Part shown: positions 51,249 to 60,393 of the stretch, piece by piece
How positions within the stretch are numbered: the first letter of the stretch is position 1
How the letters are laid out: each line of letters starts with the position of its first letter
Assembly (NCBI GenBank): GCA_963846995.1
Contig: CAWJYD010000006.1
Coordinates: 6,389-70,388, forward strand
DNA length: 64,000 nt
Source: an uncultured Gaiellaceae bacterium
GTDB lineage: Bacteria; Actinomycetota; Thermoleophilia; Gaiellales; Gaiellaceae
Direction: 5' to 3'
Notes under the pieces: generated by a model
The model's input: only the letters and a program-made list of their open reading frames with translations
Databases searched by the model: none
What the model was told of the DNA's origin: nothing
Translations under genes and position numbers: made by a program

Positions 51249-52934
51249 GTGAAACGACTGCTCATGATGCTCGCGCTCGGAGCGGCGGCGGTATCCGCCG
51301 TCGCCGTCACCGCAGGCGCAGCGACGCAAGCGAGCCACAAGTGGAAGTTCGAGCCCACGATCAACGCGCCGTGGGCCGCGGAAGAGGATGAAGAGGAGTT
51401 CGAGCCGCCGGACGCTGCAGCCGGCCTCTGCCGGTCTGCACCGTTCACCAGCACGGCGACCTACGCGCCGCTCGCACCGAACGTGGATGCGATCGTCGGT
51501 GACCCGGTCAACAACTCCGGCTTCTCGAATCTCGGCTGCACGACGCCGCAGAACGAGACGACCATCGCGGTCAACCCGACGAACGCCTCGAATCTCGTCG
51601 CGGGCGCGAACGACTACCGCGTCTGCTGCGACTTCACCGGCCTGAACGACGGGACGGGCTGGGCGTACTACTCGTTCGACGGTGGAGCGACGTGGACGGA
51701 CGTCCAGCTCCCCGGTCTGACCGCCGAGACGGGCGGCAAGGGCGAGTTCAAGCGGATGGACTCCGCGGGCGATCCGGTCGTCACGTTCGGACCGGACGGG
51801 ACCGTGTACTACGCCAACATCGTCTTCAGCCGCGTCTCGCCGGCGACGGGTGTCGCAGTGAGCACGTCGACGGACGGTGGCAGGACCTGGAGCGAGCCGA
51901 ACATGGTCGCCTCGGGAGGAGCCGCGAACTTCTTCAACGACAAGGAGTGGATCGCGGCGGGGCCGGACGGGAAGGTCGTCGTCACGTGGACCAAGTTCAG
52001 CCAGGGTCCGAAGGGCGCGTCGTACCTGTCCTCGCCGATCGTCGGGGCGTTCTCGAAGAACGGCGGCAAGTCGTGGAACCGTCAGGGTTTCCCGATCTCC
52101 GATGACGCGCATCCGTTCAACCAGGGGTCACAGGTCTCGTACGGCCCCGACGGCGCGCTGTACGTCTCGTACGAGGCGTCGTCGCCCACCACCGGCTACG
52201 CGACTGACGCGATGGTGATCGCGAGGTCGGCGGACGACGGGAAGAGCTTCGAGACGAAGGAGCTCTCGCGCGTCTACGATGACCTCGATTGCTATCCGAC
52301 GTTCGCGGGACGGCAGACGCTGAGCGACATGCACTTCCGCCTCAACAGCTACCCGTCGATGAGCATCGACGGGTCGAACGGGACGATCGCGATCGTCTGG
52401 ACGGACGACCAGGGTGCGGGCACCTGCGGCACCGGGGGAGCGAGCTTCTCCGGCACGACCTCGAATCAGGTGAAGCTCCAGCGCGGCACGTGGGCGGGCA
52501 TTGGCACGGCGCCCGTCGAGCGGGTCACGACGACGGCCCCGGACAAGGTGTTCCCGGCTGTCGCCGCGTCGGGTGGCAAGCTCGCCGTGACGTACTACAC
52601 GCGCGACTACGCCATCGGCTCCACCGCCGGGGTGTGTCACCTGAAGACCAACGACACCCCGACGGCAGTCGCGCCGATGCCCTCGGCGAACTCCGTGTGC
52701 ATGGACTACGCGGCGAAGTCGGCGACGTCGACCGGAGCGTTCGGCACGCAACTCCGGCTGTCGACGCAGAGCTCCAATCCGTACATCCAGTTCGCCGACG
52801 GAGCGTTCATCGGCGACTACTCGCAGGTGGCGGCCACGCCGGGCAAGGCGTGGGGTGCATGGACCGACTTCCGCGGGAACCCCGGCGTCACGCCGGCGAA
52901 CCAGGACGTTGTAGTCCAGACCTTCACGCCGTAG
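51249..52934 (+). CDS. Secreted BNR/sialidase-like beta-propeller protein
   Basis: It has a signal peptide (MKRLLMMLALGAAAVSAVAVTAGAA) and repeated Asp-box-like motifs: SFDGGATW, STDGGRTW, SKNGGKSW and SADDGKSF. Intact at 561 aa. Confidence 0.75.
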   Translation: MKRLLMMLALGAAAVSAVAVTAGAATQASHKWKFEPTINAPWAAEEDEEEFEPPDAAAGLCRSAPFTSTATYAPLAPNVDAIVGDPVNNSGFSNLGCTTPQNETTIAVNPTNASNLVAGANDYRVCCDFTGLNDGTGWAYYSFDGGATWTDVQLPGLTAETGGKGEFKRMDSAGDPVVTFGPDGTVYYANIVFSRVSPATGVAVSTSTDGGRTWSEPNMVASGGAANFFNDKEWIAAGPDGKVVVTWTKFSQGPKGASYLSSPIVGAFSKNGGKSWNRQGFPISDDAHPFNQGSQVSYGPDGALYVSYEASSPTTGYATDAMVIARSADDGKSFETKELSRVYDDLDCYPTFAGRQTLSDMHFRLNSYPSMSIDGSNGTIAIVWTDDQGAGTCGTGGASFSGTTSNQVKLQRGTWAGIGTAPVERVTTTAPDKVFPAVAASGGKLAVTYYTRDYAIGSTAGVCHLKTNDTPTAVAPMPSANSVCMDYAAKSATSTGAFGTQLRLSTQSSNPYIQFADGAFIGDYSQVAATPGKAWGAWTDFRGNPGVTPANQDVVVQTFTP

Positions 52935-52944
52935 ACACTGGCGC

Positions 52945-52976
52945 ACGCAGGGGGCGGCGATCGCCGCCCCCTGCGT
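52945..52976. terminator. Perfect 32-nt GC-rich palindrome downstream of the BNR-protein gene
   Basis: acgcagggggcggcga|tcgccgccccctgcgt is exactly self-complementary and starts 11 nt after the stop. There is no T-tract. Confidence 0.6.
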
Positions 52977-53024
52977 GACCTGTCGCCGACATCACTCTCG
53001 CACGAGAGAGAGGAGTACACTCGG

Positions 53025-53402
53025 ATGCGAAGCAGAATGCGTCGTTCGATCTGCCTCATCGGAATCGCAGCGCTGGTCTTGACCGCTGCGTCCAGCGCGC
53101 AGAGCGCCGCGCCGACCGTCAAGCTCGTGCGCCTCGCTCCGCTCGTCGTCTCCGGAACGGGATTCGGCCGCGATGCGATGGTGCGCGTCACGGTGACGAC
53201 GAACTCGAGGAAGCTCGTGAGGACCGTTCGCGCCTCGTCGAGCGGTGACATCAGGGTGAGGTTCTCCGGCTCCTCGCTGACGGTCTACGCGTGTCGCGTC
53301 ACGAGCATCGCCGCCGTCGCGCGTAACGGGCTCGACGCGGGGTGGCGGCCGGGCTCGAAGAGCTGCCTCGCGATCGCTGTGCCGATCGCGGCCACCGGCT
53401 GA
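53025..53402 (+). CDS. Small secreted protein, hypothetical
   Basis: Intact 125-aa ORF with a signal peptide (..ICLIGIAALVLTAASSAQS) and a beta-rich-looking sequence. I do not recognise the family. Confidence 0.6.
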   Translation: MRSRMRRSICLIGIAALVLTAASSAQSAAPTVKLVRLAPLVVSGTGFGRDAMVRVTVTTNSRKLVRTVRASSSGDIRVRFSGSSLTVYACRVTSIAAVARNGLDAGWRPGSKSCLAIAVPIAATG

Positions 53403-53438
53403 GCCATATTCCTTCGAGCCCGCCGCGGCGGGTACGAC

Positions 53439-54923
53439 TTGAAGGTCATGGCCCGGTTCGAGCAGAATCTCCGCGGTCCGTCATTACGTCCGAGCGGCCG
53501 GGTTGCGCTCGGCCGTCTCACGAAAGGGGAGATCTTGAGACGACTCGCGAACCGTCGCGTCGCGCTCTGGCTGGCCCTCGCGCTGGTCGGGATGCTCGTG
53601 GCGATTGCAACGGTGGCAGGCGGCGCTAGCGCCCAGCACGTAGCCGCCGGGGGTTCGAAGACGCCGGCCATCGGAGCGCACCCGAAGTATCAGTACGCGG
53701 GCAACTACTCCGCGCAGCCGAATCTGTCGGTCTTCGGCTGTCAGACGAGGACGATCGGTGGCGCACCTGCAAGCGTCGCGTGCTACGGCCCGGATCAGAT
53801 CCAGACCGCATACGGGTTCAAGCCGCTGTATCAGCAGGGGTATACGGGAGCTGGCCGGACCATCGTCATCGTCGACGCGTACGGGAGCCCGACAATCGGG
53901 GTCGACCTGGCGCTATTCGACACGGCGTTCGACCTTCCGACGCCGAACTTCCAGATCGTCAACATGCCCGGACTGCAGCCGTTCGATCCGAACGACCCCA
54001 ACCAGGTGAACTGGTCCGGTGAGGTGTCGCTCGACGTCCAGTGGGCGCATGCCGTCGCGCCCGGAGCGAACATCGTGCTCGTCGTGGCCAAGTCGAACGA
54101 CGATGCCGACATCCTCGCGGCGACGCAGTACGCGTACGACCACAATCTCGGCGACGTTCTCTCGCAGAGCTTCGGCGAGGCCGAGCAGTGCATGAACGCC
54201 GACCTCCTGGCACAGCAGCACAAGCTGTTCGAGGCCATGACTGGAAAGGGCTGGACGCTCTTCGCCTCGGCGGGCGACTCCGGGTCCGATCAGCCGGGAT
54301 GCGGCCCGAACGACCCGCCGTTCCAGGCCGCGAGCACTCCCGCGAGCGATCCGAACGTCACCGGAGTCGGTGGCACCCAGCTCAACGCCACCCCGGTGGT
54401 TCTCTCGCCGCCTCCTCCGCCGCGGACGATCCTCGACTTCGGCGGGCAGTACATCGGCGAGACCGCGTGGAACGAGAACGCGACCTTCGGGGCCGCGGGC
54501 GGCGGCGGGCTCTCCGTCGTGTACAAACGCACGGACTTCCAGGCGCCGGTCGTGAAGGACTCCAAGGCGCGTGCCGTTCCCGACGTGGCGTACAACGCGG
54601 CCATCGATGGTGGCGTCATCACTTTCTGGGGCGTCCCGTTCGGCGTCGGAAATGGATTCGTCTTCGGCGGGACGAGCGCCGGCTCACCGCAGTGGTCCGG
54701 TCTCGCGGCGATCACGGATCAGATCGCCGGCAACCGGGTGGGCAACATCAACAAGACGTTGTACTTCCTCGGGAAGAAGAGCCAGAGCACGTACTTCCAC
54801 GACGTCGTCACCGGCTCGATCGGAGCATTCTCCGCTGGACCGGGATACGACGAGGCGACGGGTTGGGGGTCGCCGATCGCATCGGCGATCGCTCCGGCGA
54901 TCGCGAAGCCCGGGAACGGCTAG
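53439..54923 (+). CDS. S53 (sedolisin/kumamolisin-like) serine peptidase, membrane-anchored or secreted
   Basis: It contains ..GEVSLDVQWAHAVAPGA.. (Glu/Asp region), ..FASAGDSGS.. and ..GGTSAGSPQWSG.. (the nucleophile Ser motif). An N-terminal TM/signal is present (ALWLALALVGMLVAIATVAGGASA). The start codon is uncertain. Confidence 0.75.
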   Translation: MKVMARFEQNLRGPSLRPSGRVALGRLTKGEILRRLANRRVALWLALALVGMLVAIATVAGGASAQHVAAGGSKTPAIGAHPKYQYAGNYSAQPNLSVFGCQTRTIGGAPASVACYGPDQIQTAYGFKPLYQQGYTGAGRTIVIVDAYGSPTIGVDLALFDTAFDLPTPNFQIVNMPGLQPFDPNDPNQVNWSGEVSLDVQWAHAVAPGANIVLVVAKSNDDADILAATQYAYDHNLGDVLSQSFGEAEQCMNADLLAQQHKLFEAMTGKGWTLFASAGDSGSDQPGCGPNDPPFQAASTPASDPNVTGVGGTQLNATPVVLSPPPPPRTILDFGGQYIGETAWNENATFGAAGGGGLSVVYKRTDFQAPVVKDSKARAVPDVAYNAAIDGGVITFWGVPFGVGNGFVFGGTSAGSPQWSGLAAITDQIAGNRVGNINKTLYFLGKKSQSTYFHDVVTGSIGAFSAGPGYDEATGWGSPIASAIAPAIAKPGNG

Positions 54924-54947
54924 GCCCGCTTCCGGCGGAGACGTGGC

Positions 54948-54975
54948 GCGAGGGCCGCCTCCGGGCGGCCTTCGC
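54948..54975. terminator. Hairpin between convergent genes (bidirectional terminator candidate)
   Basis: gcgagggccgcc (54948-54959) pairs with ggcggccttcgc (54964-54975), with one G-T pair and the loop tccg. It is followed by gttt. It lies between the stops at 54923 (+) and 54979 (-). Confidence 0.5.
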
Positions 54976-54978
54976 GTT

Positions 54979-55899
54979 TCAGTAGGCGACGGCGCCGCGG
55001 CCGGTCTCGGCCGCGTGGCGCTGCTCGTCCGCGCGGTACGACGAGCGCACGAGCGGCCCGGAGAACACCGAGCCGAAGCCGAGCTCCTCGCCCTGCTCGC
55101 GGAGCCAGCGGAACTCGTCCGGGTGCACCCAGCGGTCGATCGTTGCGTGCTTCTGCGACGGCTGCAGGTACTGGCCGATCGTCACGACGTCGACGTCGTG
55201 CGCGCGCAGGTCGCGCATCGTGTCGACGACCTCGTCGTTCGTCTCGCCGAGGCCGACGATGATCCCCGACTTCGTCAGGAGTGGATAGCCGGCGACCTCC
55301 TTCGCGCGCGCGAGGAGCCGGAGGGCGTTGTCGTAGCTCGCCTTCGCGCCTCTCATGCGCGCGTGCAGGCGCCGGACGGTCTCGATGTTGTGGTTGAAGA
55401 CCTCGGGCCGCGCCGCGAGGATCGTCGCCAACGCGTCCTCCTCGACCCCGAGGAAGTCCGGCGTGAGGATCTCGACCTTCGCGGCCGGGAGCTTCCGCTT
55501 CAGCGCCCGGATCGTCGCTGCGTAGTGCCCGGCGCCGCGGTCGGGGAGGTCGTCCCGGTCGACGGAGGTGACGACGACGTGCGACAGCCCCATCTGCGCT
55601 GCCGCCTGGGCGAGCCTGAGCGGCTCGAGCGGATCCGGCGGCCCGTCGGGCTTGCCCGAGTGGACATAGCAGTAGCGGCAAGCGCGGGTACAGGTGTCGC
55701 CGAGGATCTGGAAGGTTGCGGTCCCGCGGCCCCAGCACTCTCCGATGTTCGGGCAGCGCGCCTCCTCGCAGATCGTGTGCAGGCCGCCCTCGCGCATGAG
55801 GCTCTTCACCTCGAAGTAGCGCGAGTTCGTGCTCGGCGCCCGTACCTTCATCCACTCGGGACGGCGCGGTCTTTCCGCCACGGGAAGCGACTTCTCCAT
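54979..55899 (-). CDS. lipA: Lipoyl synthase
   Basis: It contains ..CEEARCPNIGECW.. and the radical-SAM motif CTRACRYC. Intact at 306 aa from the ATG at 55899. Confidence 0.93.
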   Translation of the reverse strand: MEKSLPVAERPRRPEWMKVRAPSTNSRYFEVKSLMREGGLHTICEEARCPNIGECWGRGTATFQILGDTCTRACRYCYVHSGKPDGPPDPLEPLRLAQAAAQMGLSHVVVTSVDRDDLPDRGAGHYAATIRALKRKLPAAKVEILTPDFLGVEEDALATILAARPEVFNHNIETVRRLHARMRGAKASYDNALRLLARAKEVAGYPLLTKSGIIVGLGETNDEVVDTMRDLRAHDVDVVTIGQYLQPSQKHATIDRWVHPDEFRWLREQGEELGFGSVFSGPLVRSSYRADEQRHAAETGRGAVAY

Positions 55900-55918
55900 C
55901 GTCACTAGTCTACGGAGC

Positions 55919-56449
55919 GTGGTTCCGGAGGCTCCGCTCGAGAAGGTCGAGGACGGGCTCGCTCCGGCGTCGGAGGGCTGGTTCGTCCTCAACGCACGCG
56001 ACGCGCAGTGGTACGGAAACGAGCTCGGCTCCTACACGCAGTTCGAGGGCCGGGACTTCCGCTTCGACCAGGTCGGGATCGGCATCGGGATCGTCCAGCC
56101 GGGCGTCCCGAGCGCGATGTACCACGGCGAGGACGCGCAGGAGGACTTCCTCGTGCTCTCCGGCGAGTGCCTCCTCATCGTCGAGGGCGAGGAGCGCCGG
56201 CTTCGAGCCTGGGACTTCGTCCACTGCCCCAACTGGACGGAGCACATCTTCGTCGGTGCGGGCGACGGCCCGTGCATCGTCGTCGGCGTGGGCGCGCGCC
56301 GGAAAGGCCGCGGCCTCGTGTATCCGGTGAACGAGACGGCGCTGAAGTACGACGCGGGTGTCGAGGAGGAGACCTCGGATCCGAGGGTCGCCTATGCGCG
56401 CTTCAGCGAGGACGTCCCGATGCCCTGCCCGCCGGAGTTCCCGCCGTGA
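55919..56449 (+). CDS. Cupin-domain protein
   Basis: It starts at a GTG and has cupin-like motifs: ..HGEDAQEDFLVLSGECLLIVEGEE..WDFVHCPNWTEH... Intact. Confidence 0.7.
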   Translation: MVPEAPLEKVEDGLAPASEGWFVLNARDAQWYGNELGSYTQFEGRDFRFDQVGIGIGIVQPGVPSAMYHGEDAQEDFLVLSGECLLIVEGEERRLRAWDFVHCPNWTEHIFVGAGDGPCIVVGVGARRKGRGLVYPVNETALKYDAGVEEETSDPRVAYARFSEDVPMPCPPEFPP

Positions 56450-56679
56450 GCAACGAGGCGCTCGACCGGGCGGCAGGGCTGTACGACGAGGTCGCGGCCG
56501 AGCTCGAGCGAGCGCTCGGCCACTGCCGGGTCGCTGCGCAGCACTTTCGTGACGAGCTCGTCCCGCGCGGGACCGCCCATGCATGGGCAGCGCGCGGACA
56601 CCTCCTCAAGGCCGAGGCGCTTCTCGACGAACAGGCGCGCGAGCACTCGTCGCACGCGCTGCTCCCTGAGGACGGCTAG
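56446..56679 (+). CDS. Small hypothetical protein
   Basis: 77 codons. The GTG start overlaps the cupin stop (GTGA). It looks helical and I do not recognise the family. Confidence 0.4.
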   Translation: MSNEALDRAAGLYDEVAAELERALGHCRVAAQHFRDELVPRGTAHAWAARGHLLKAEALLDEQAREHSSHALLPEDG

Positions 56680-57395
56680 CGGGCGAGAGACGCGTGGACG
56701 GCCTGCGGCCAGAGGCCGGCGCCGTCCTCTGCGGGCAGCTCTTCGAGCTCGAGGCTGAACACCTCGGCGACCGCGGCCAGCGCCGCCGATCTGACGTCGG
56801 CGACGGTCAGCTCCCGGCCGAGCTCGCGCGCCATCGTCGTGAACAGCGCGTCCTCGAGCCCACATGCAGTGATCCACTCCGTGAACGGAGCGGGATCGAG
56901 GTCGACGTTCAACGCGTAGCCGTGCGTCGTGACCCAGCGCGAGACGTGAACCCCGATCGAGGCGATCTTGCGCGGGCCGACGCCGTTCGCCGGCGGCATC
57001 CATACACCGGTGAGGCCGTCGAAGCGCACGCCGTCGAGGCCGAGCGCCGCAAGCGTGCGGATGAGCGCTTCCTCGAGGTCGCGGACGTAGCGCTTCACGT
57101 CCTTGCCGTGCCGGCCGAGGTCGAGGATCGGATAGCAGACGAGCTGCCCGGGGCCGTGGAACGTCGACTTGCCGCCGCGGTCGGTCTCCGCGATCTCGAC
57201 TGCCGCGTTGTCGGGGATGTGGAGCTCGACGTCCGTCTCCGTCCGACGCCCGATCGTGACGACGGGCGGATGCTCGAGGAAGACGACCGTGTCCGGGATC
57301 GCGCCCTGCGACACGGCGCCTGCAAGGGAGCGCTGGAGCTCGAGTGCCTCGCCGTAGGGCACGAGGCCGAGGTTCATGACGTAGCCGAGGCTCAT
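56676..57395 (-). CDS. lipB: Octanoyltransferase (lipoyl(octanoyl) transferase)
   Basis: Intact 239-aa ORF containing ..FLEHPPVVTIGRR.., ..TDRGGKSTFHGPGQLVCYPILDL.. and ..RKIASIGV... Confidence 0.9.
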   Translation of the reverse strand: MSLGYVMNLGLVPYGEALELQRSLAGAVSQGAIPDTVVFLEHPPVVTIGRRTETDVELHIPDNAAVEIAETDRGGKSTFHGPGQLVCYPILDLGRHGKDVKRYVRDLEEALIRTLAALGLDGVRFDGLTGVWMPPANGVGPRKIASIGVHVSRWVTTHGYALNVDLDPAPFTEWITACGLEDALFTTMARELGRELTVADVRSAALAAVAEVFSLELEELPAEDGAGLWPQAVHASLAR

Positions 57396-57435
57396 GGGAC
57401 CAGGCTACTCCCGGGCGCCGATCACGGGCGACGGG

Positions 57436-57846
57436 CTACGAGAACCGCGACTCGTACCGCGGCAGCCCGTCGTCCGGGAGGATCTCCCAATCGGCGACCG
57501 AGCGGACGTACGTGTGCGACTCGGGCTTGCGGTCGAAGTGCGAGTCGATCGCGCTGAGCCGCACGGGTGCGTACTCGAACTCCGGCCAGCCGCCTCCGAA
57601 GAGGTTCGATCCGCACACGGAGCAGAAGGTCTTCGCGGTGCCGCCCGTCGGCGTGTACGAGCGCAGGAGCTCCTCGCCCTCGAGGACGTGGATCGAGGCC
57701 GTGAGCGCGCGTCCGCTGACCGTCCCGTAGCTGCCGGAGAGCTTCTTGCAGCTCGTGCAGTGGCATTGCCCGACGCGCCCGAGTGGCTCCGTGACCTCGA
57801 AGCGGACACCCCCGCAGAGGCAGCTGCCCTGCAGCGCCTCGTCCAT
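57436..57846 (-). CDS. GFA/CENP-V-family (Cys-rich zinc) protein
   Basis: It starts MDEALQGSCLCGGVRFEV..GQCHCTSCKK..FCSVCGSNLF... The ATG overlaps the E2 stop (TGATG). Intact at 136 aa. Confidence 0.8.
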   Translation of the reverse strand: MDEALQGSCLCGGVRFEVTEPLGRVGQCHCTSCKKLSGSYGTVSGRALTASIHVLEGEELLRSYTPTGGTAKTFCSVCGSNLFGGGWPEFEYAPVRLSAIDSHFDRKPESHTYVRSVADWEILPDDGLPRYESRFS

Positions 57847-59396
57847 CAGTACGCCGCCTCGTCCCAGCTCTCGAGCCGCTCGCGCAGGTCGCGCAGATAC
57901 ATCCCCGCATACGCGCCGTCCACGAGCCGGTGGTCGTAGGTAAGCGTGACGTTCATCAGCGGGCGGATCGCGATGACGTCGTTGCCGAGCTCGTCCTGCA
58001 CGACCCACGGCCGCTTGACGAGGGCGTACGTGCCGAGGATCGCGGACTGCGGCTGGTTGATGATCGGCGTCCCGTGGAACGTCCCGAAGCTCCCCGGGTT
58101 CGTGATCGTGAACGTGCCGCCCTGGACGTCGTCGGGGAGGAGCTTCTTCGTGCGTGCGCGCTCCGCGAGATCCTGGATCGCGCGCGCCGTTCCCGTGAGG
58201 TTGAGGTCTTGTGCGTTGCGGATGACCGGCACGATGAGGCCCTTCCCGTCGTCGAGCGCGACGGCGATCCCGAGGTTGACGAACGGCCGCGTGACGATGC
58301 TCTGGCCTCGGAGCTCTCCGTTCACCCACGGGTACTCCATGAGCGTGTCGACGGTCGCTCGTGCGATGAACGCCAGGTACGTGAGGTTCACCTTCTGCCC
58401 CGCGAGCTCGGGCTTCAGCTTCTGCCGGAGGGCGACGACGCGCGCCATGTCCACCTCGATCGCGCTGGTCACGTGCGCGGCGGTGTCCACCGAGCGCCGC
58501 ATGTGGTCCATCACGCCGCGGCGCATGGCCGACATGGGCTCGAGCGCTTCGCCGCTTGCGAGCACGGGCTCGGGCGCCGCGGCGGGCGGCGGAGCAGCCG
58601 GTGCCACGGGCGGCGGACTCGGAGGGGTGGCCGCCGCTGGAGCTGGTGCGGCTGCCGCAGGCGCAGGCTCGGGGGCCGCCGCGACAGGCTCCGGAGCCGG
58701 TGTGGGCTCGGGCACCACCTGCACGACGGGCTCGGGGGTCGCGGGAGCGGGTGCAGGCTCTGCGGGAGCCGCCGGTGCCGCCGCCGCGCCCGACTCGATG
58801 AAGGTAAGGATGTCCTTCTTCGTCACGCGCCCGCCGGTGCCGGTGCCCGGAACGGCCGAGGCGTCGATCCCGTGCTCGGCGGCGATGCGGGCCACGACGG
58901 GCGACACGAATGTCTTTCCGTTGCCGGCGACCGAGGGGGCTGTGACGGCTGCCGGAGCAGCCTGCGCGACGGGAGCAGCGGAGACAGGGGCAGGCTCGGG
59001 TGCGGGAGCGCTCTCGACCGCCGCCGGTGCCTGTGCCGCAACGGGCTCCGCCTGCGCCGCAGCAACGGGCTCAGCCTCCGCCGCTGCAGGCGCAGGCTCG
59101 GCAGTTGGAGCTGCGGGCTCGTCCGCTGGAGCTGCGACGTCGGCTCCGGGCGCAGCGATGCGCGCGACCACCGTGCCGACCTCGACGGTCTCGCCCTCCT
59201 GGACGAGGATCTCGGCGACGACGCCCTCCGCGGGGCTCGGAACCTCCGTGTCGACCTTGTCGGTCGAGATCTCGAGCAGCGGCTCGTCCCGTCCGATCGG
59301 CTCGCCGACCTGGCGCAGCCACTTCGTCACCGTCCCCTCGGAGACGGAGACGCCCATCTGGGGCATCACGACCTCGGTCTGCGTTCCTGTCGACAC
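57846..59396 (-). CDS. Dihydrolipoamide acyltransferase (E2) of a 2-oxoacid dehydrogenase complex
   Basis: It has a lipoyl domain (..EISTDKVDTEVPSP..), a subunit-binding domain (..SPVVARIAAEHGIDASAVPGTG.GGRVTKKD..), and a catalytic domain (..LTYDHRLVDGA..). The domains are joined by two long Ala/Pro-rich linkers. Confidence 0.9.
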   Translation of the reverse strand: MSTGTQTEVVMPQMGVSVSEGTVTKWLRQVGEPIGRDEPLLEISTDKVDTEVPSPAEGVVAEILVQEGETVEVGTVVARIAAPGADVAAPADEPAAPTAEPAPAAAEAEPVAAAQAEPVAAQAPAAVESAPAPEPAPVSAAPVAQAAPAAVTAPSVAGNGKTFVSPVVARIAAEHGIDASAVPGTGTGGRVTKKDILTFIESGAAAAPAAPAEPAPAPATPEPVVQVVPEPTPAPEPVAAAPEPAPAAAAPAPAAATPPSPPPVAPAAPPPAAAPEPVLASGEALEPMSAMRRGVMDHMRRSVDTAAHVTSAIEVDMARVVALRQKLKPELAGQKVNLTYLAFIARATVDTLMEYPWVNGELRGQSIVTRPFVNLGIAVALDDGKGLIVPVIRNAQDLNLTGTARAIQDLAERARTKKLLPDDVQGGTFTITNPGSFGTFHGTPIINQPQSAILGTYALVKRPWVVQDELGNDVIAIRPLMNVTLTYDHRLVDGAYAGMYLRDLRERLESWDEAAY

Positions 59397-59411
59397 CTGT
59401 TCCTCCAGTGA

Positions 59412-60386
59412 CTAGTAGGCGGCGAGCTCTTTCAGGGCATGCACGACGTCGTCGACCTGCGGGATGTAGGCCTTCTCGAGCGGCGGCGAGAACGGCACCG
59501 GCGTGTCCGGCGCGGCGACGCGCATCACCGGGCCGTCGAGGTTCTCGAACGCCTCCTCGGCGATGGTGGCCGCGATTTCGGCTCCGAAGCCGCCCGTCCT
59601 CGTGTCCTCGTGGAGCACGAGCACCTTCGAGCAGCGCTCGACACTGGCGAGGACGCGTTCCTTGTCCCAGGGGATGAGCGTGCGGAGATCGAGCACCTCG
59701 ACCTCGAAGCCCTCCTTCGCGAGCTCCTCGGCTGCCTCCGTCGCCGTGTGCACCATCGCGCCCCAGGTGATCACGGTCGCGTCGTCTCCCGCGCGATGGA
59801 CGTTCGCGGAGCCGAACGGCACCGTGTACCGCTCCTCGGGAACGTCTCCCTTGATCCGGCGGTACAGGTGCTTGTGCTCGAAGAAGAGCACCGGGTTCGG
59901 ATCCTCGATCGCCGCGGCGAGGAGGCCCTTCGCGTCGTGCGGCGTCGCCGGGCACACGATCTTCAGCCCGGGGATGTGGGCGAACGAGCTCTCGGGATTC
60001 TGCGAGTGGAAGGGCCCGCCCGAGAAGCCGCCGCCCGAGGGCAGCCGGACGACGATCGGGATCGGAGTCCGTCCGCGGAAGAACTGCTTCGCGGCGACGG
60101 TGACGAGCTGGTCCCACGCGCACGAGATGAAGTCCGCGAACTGCATCTCTGCGACCGGCCGCAGCCCCATGAGCGCGGCGCCCGTCGCTCCGCCCACGAT
60201 GGCCGTCTCCGAGAGGGGCGTGTCGATGACGCGCCACGGCCCGAACTCCTCCTGGAAGCCGAGCGAGACCTTGAACGCGCCACCGTAGACACCCACGTCC
60301 TCACCAAGGACGAAGACGCGCGGGTCACGCCGCATCTCGAGCCGGAGCCCGTCGGAGATCGCCTGGATGTATGTCATCTCGGGCAT
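59412..60386 (-). CDS. 2-oxoacid dehydrogenase E1 component, beta subunit
   Basis: Intact 324-aa ORF. It is transketolase-like, with ..VFVLGEDVG.YGGAFKV.. and ..IDTPLSE... Confidence 0.9.
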   Translation of the reverse strand: MPEMTYIQAISDGLRLEMRRDPRVFVLGEDVGVYGGAFKVSLGFQEEFGPWRVIDTPLSETAIVGGATGAALMGLRPVAEMQFADFISCAWDQLVTVAAKQFFRGRTPIPIVVRLPSGGGFSGGPFHSQNPESSFAHIPGLKIVCPATPHDAKGLLAAAIEDPNPVLFFEHKHLYRRIKGDVPEERYTVPFGSANVHRAGDDATVITWGAMVHTATEAAEELAKEGFEVEVLDLRTLIPWDKERVLASVERCSKVLVLHEDTRTGGFGAEIAATIAEEAFENLDGPVMRVAAPDTPVPFSPPLEKAYIPQVDDVVHALKELAAY

Positions 60387-60393
60387 CGCGGCC

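Noticed and set aside
57930-59415. Two roughly 490-aa plus-strand ORFs overlapping the E2 gene.
   Set aside because: They are antisense to a well-supported E2 gene. Their translations are Gly/Arg/Ala or Ser/Ala/Gly low-complexity strings generated by the Ala/Pro-linker DNA.
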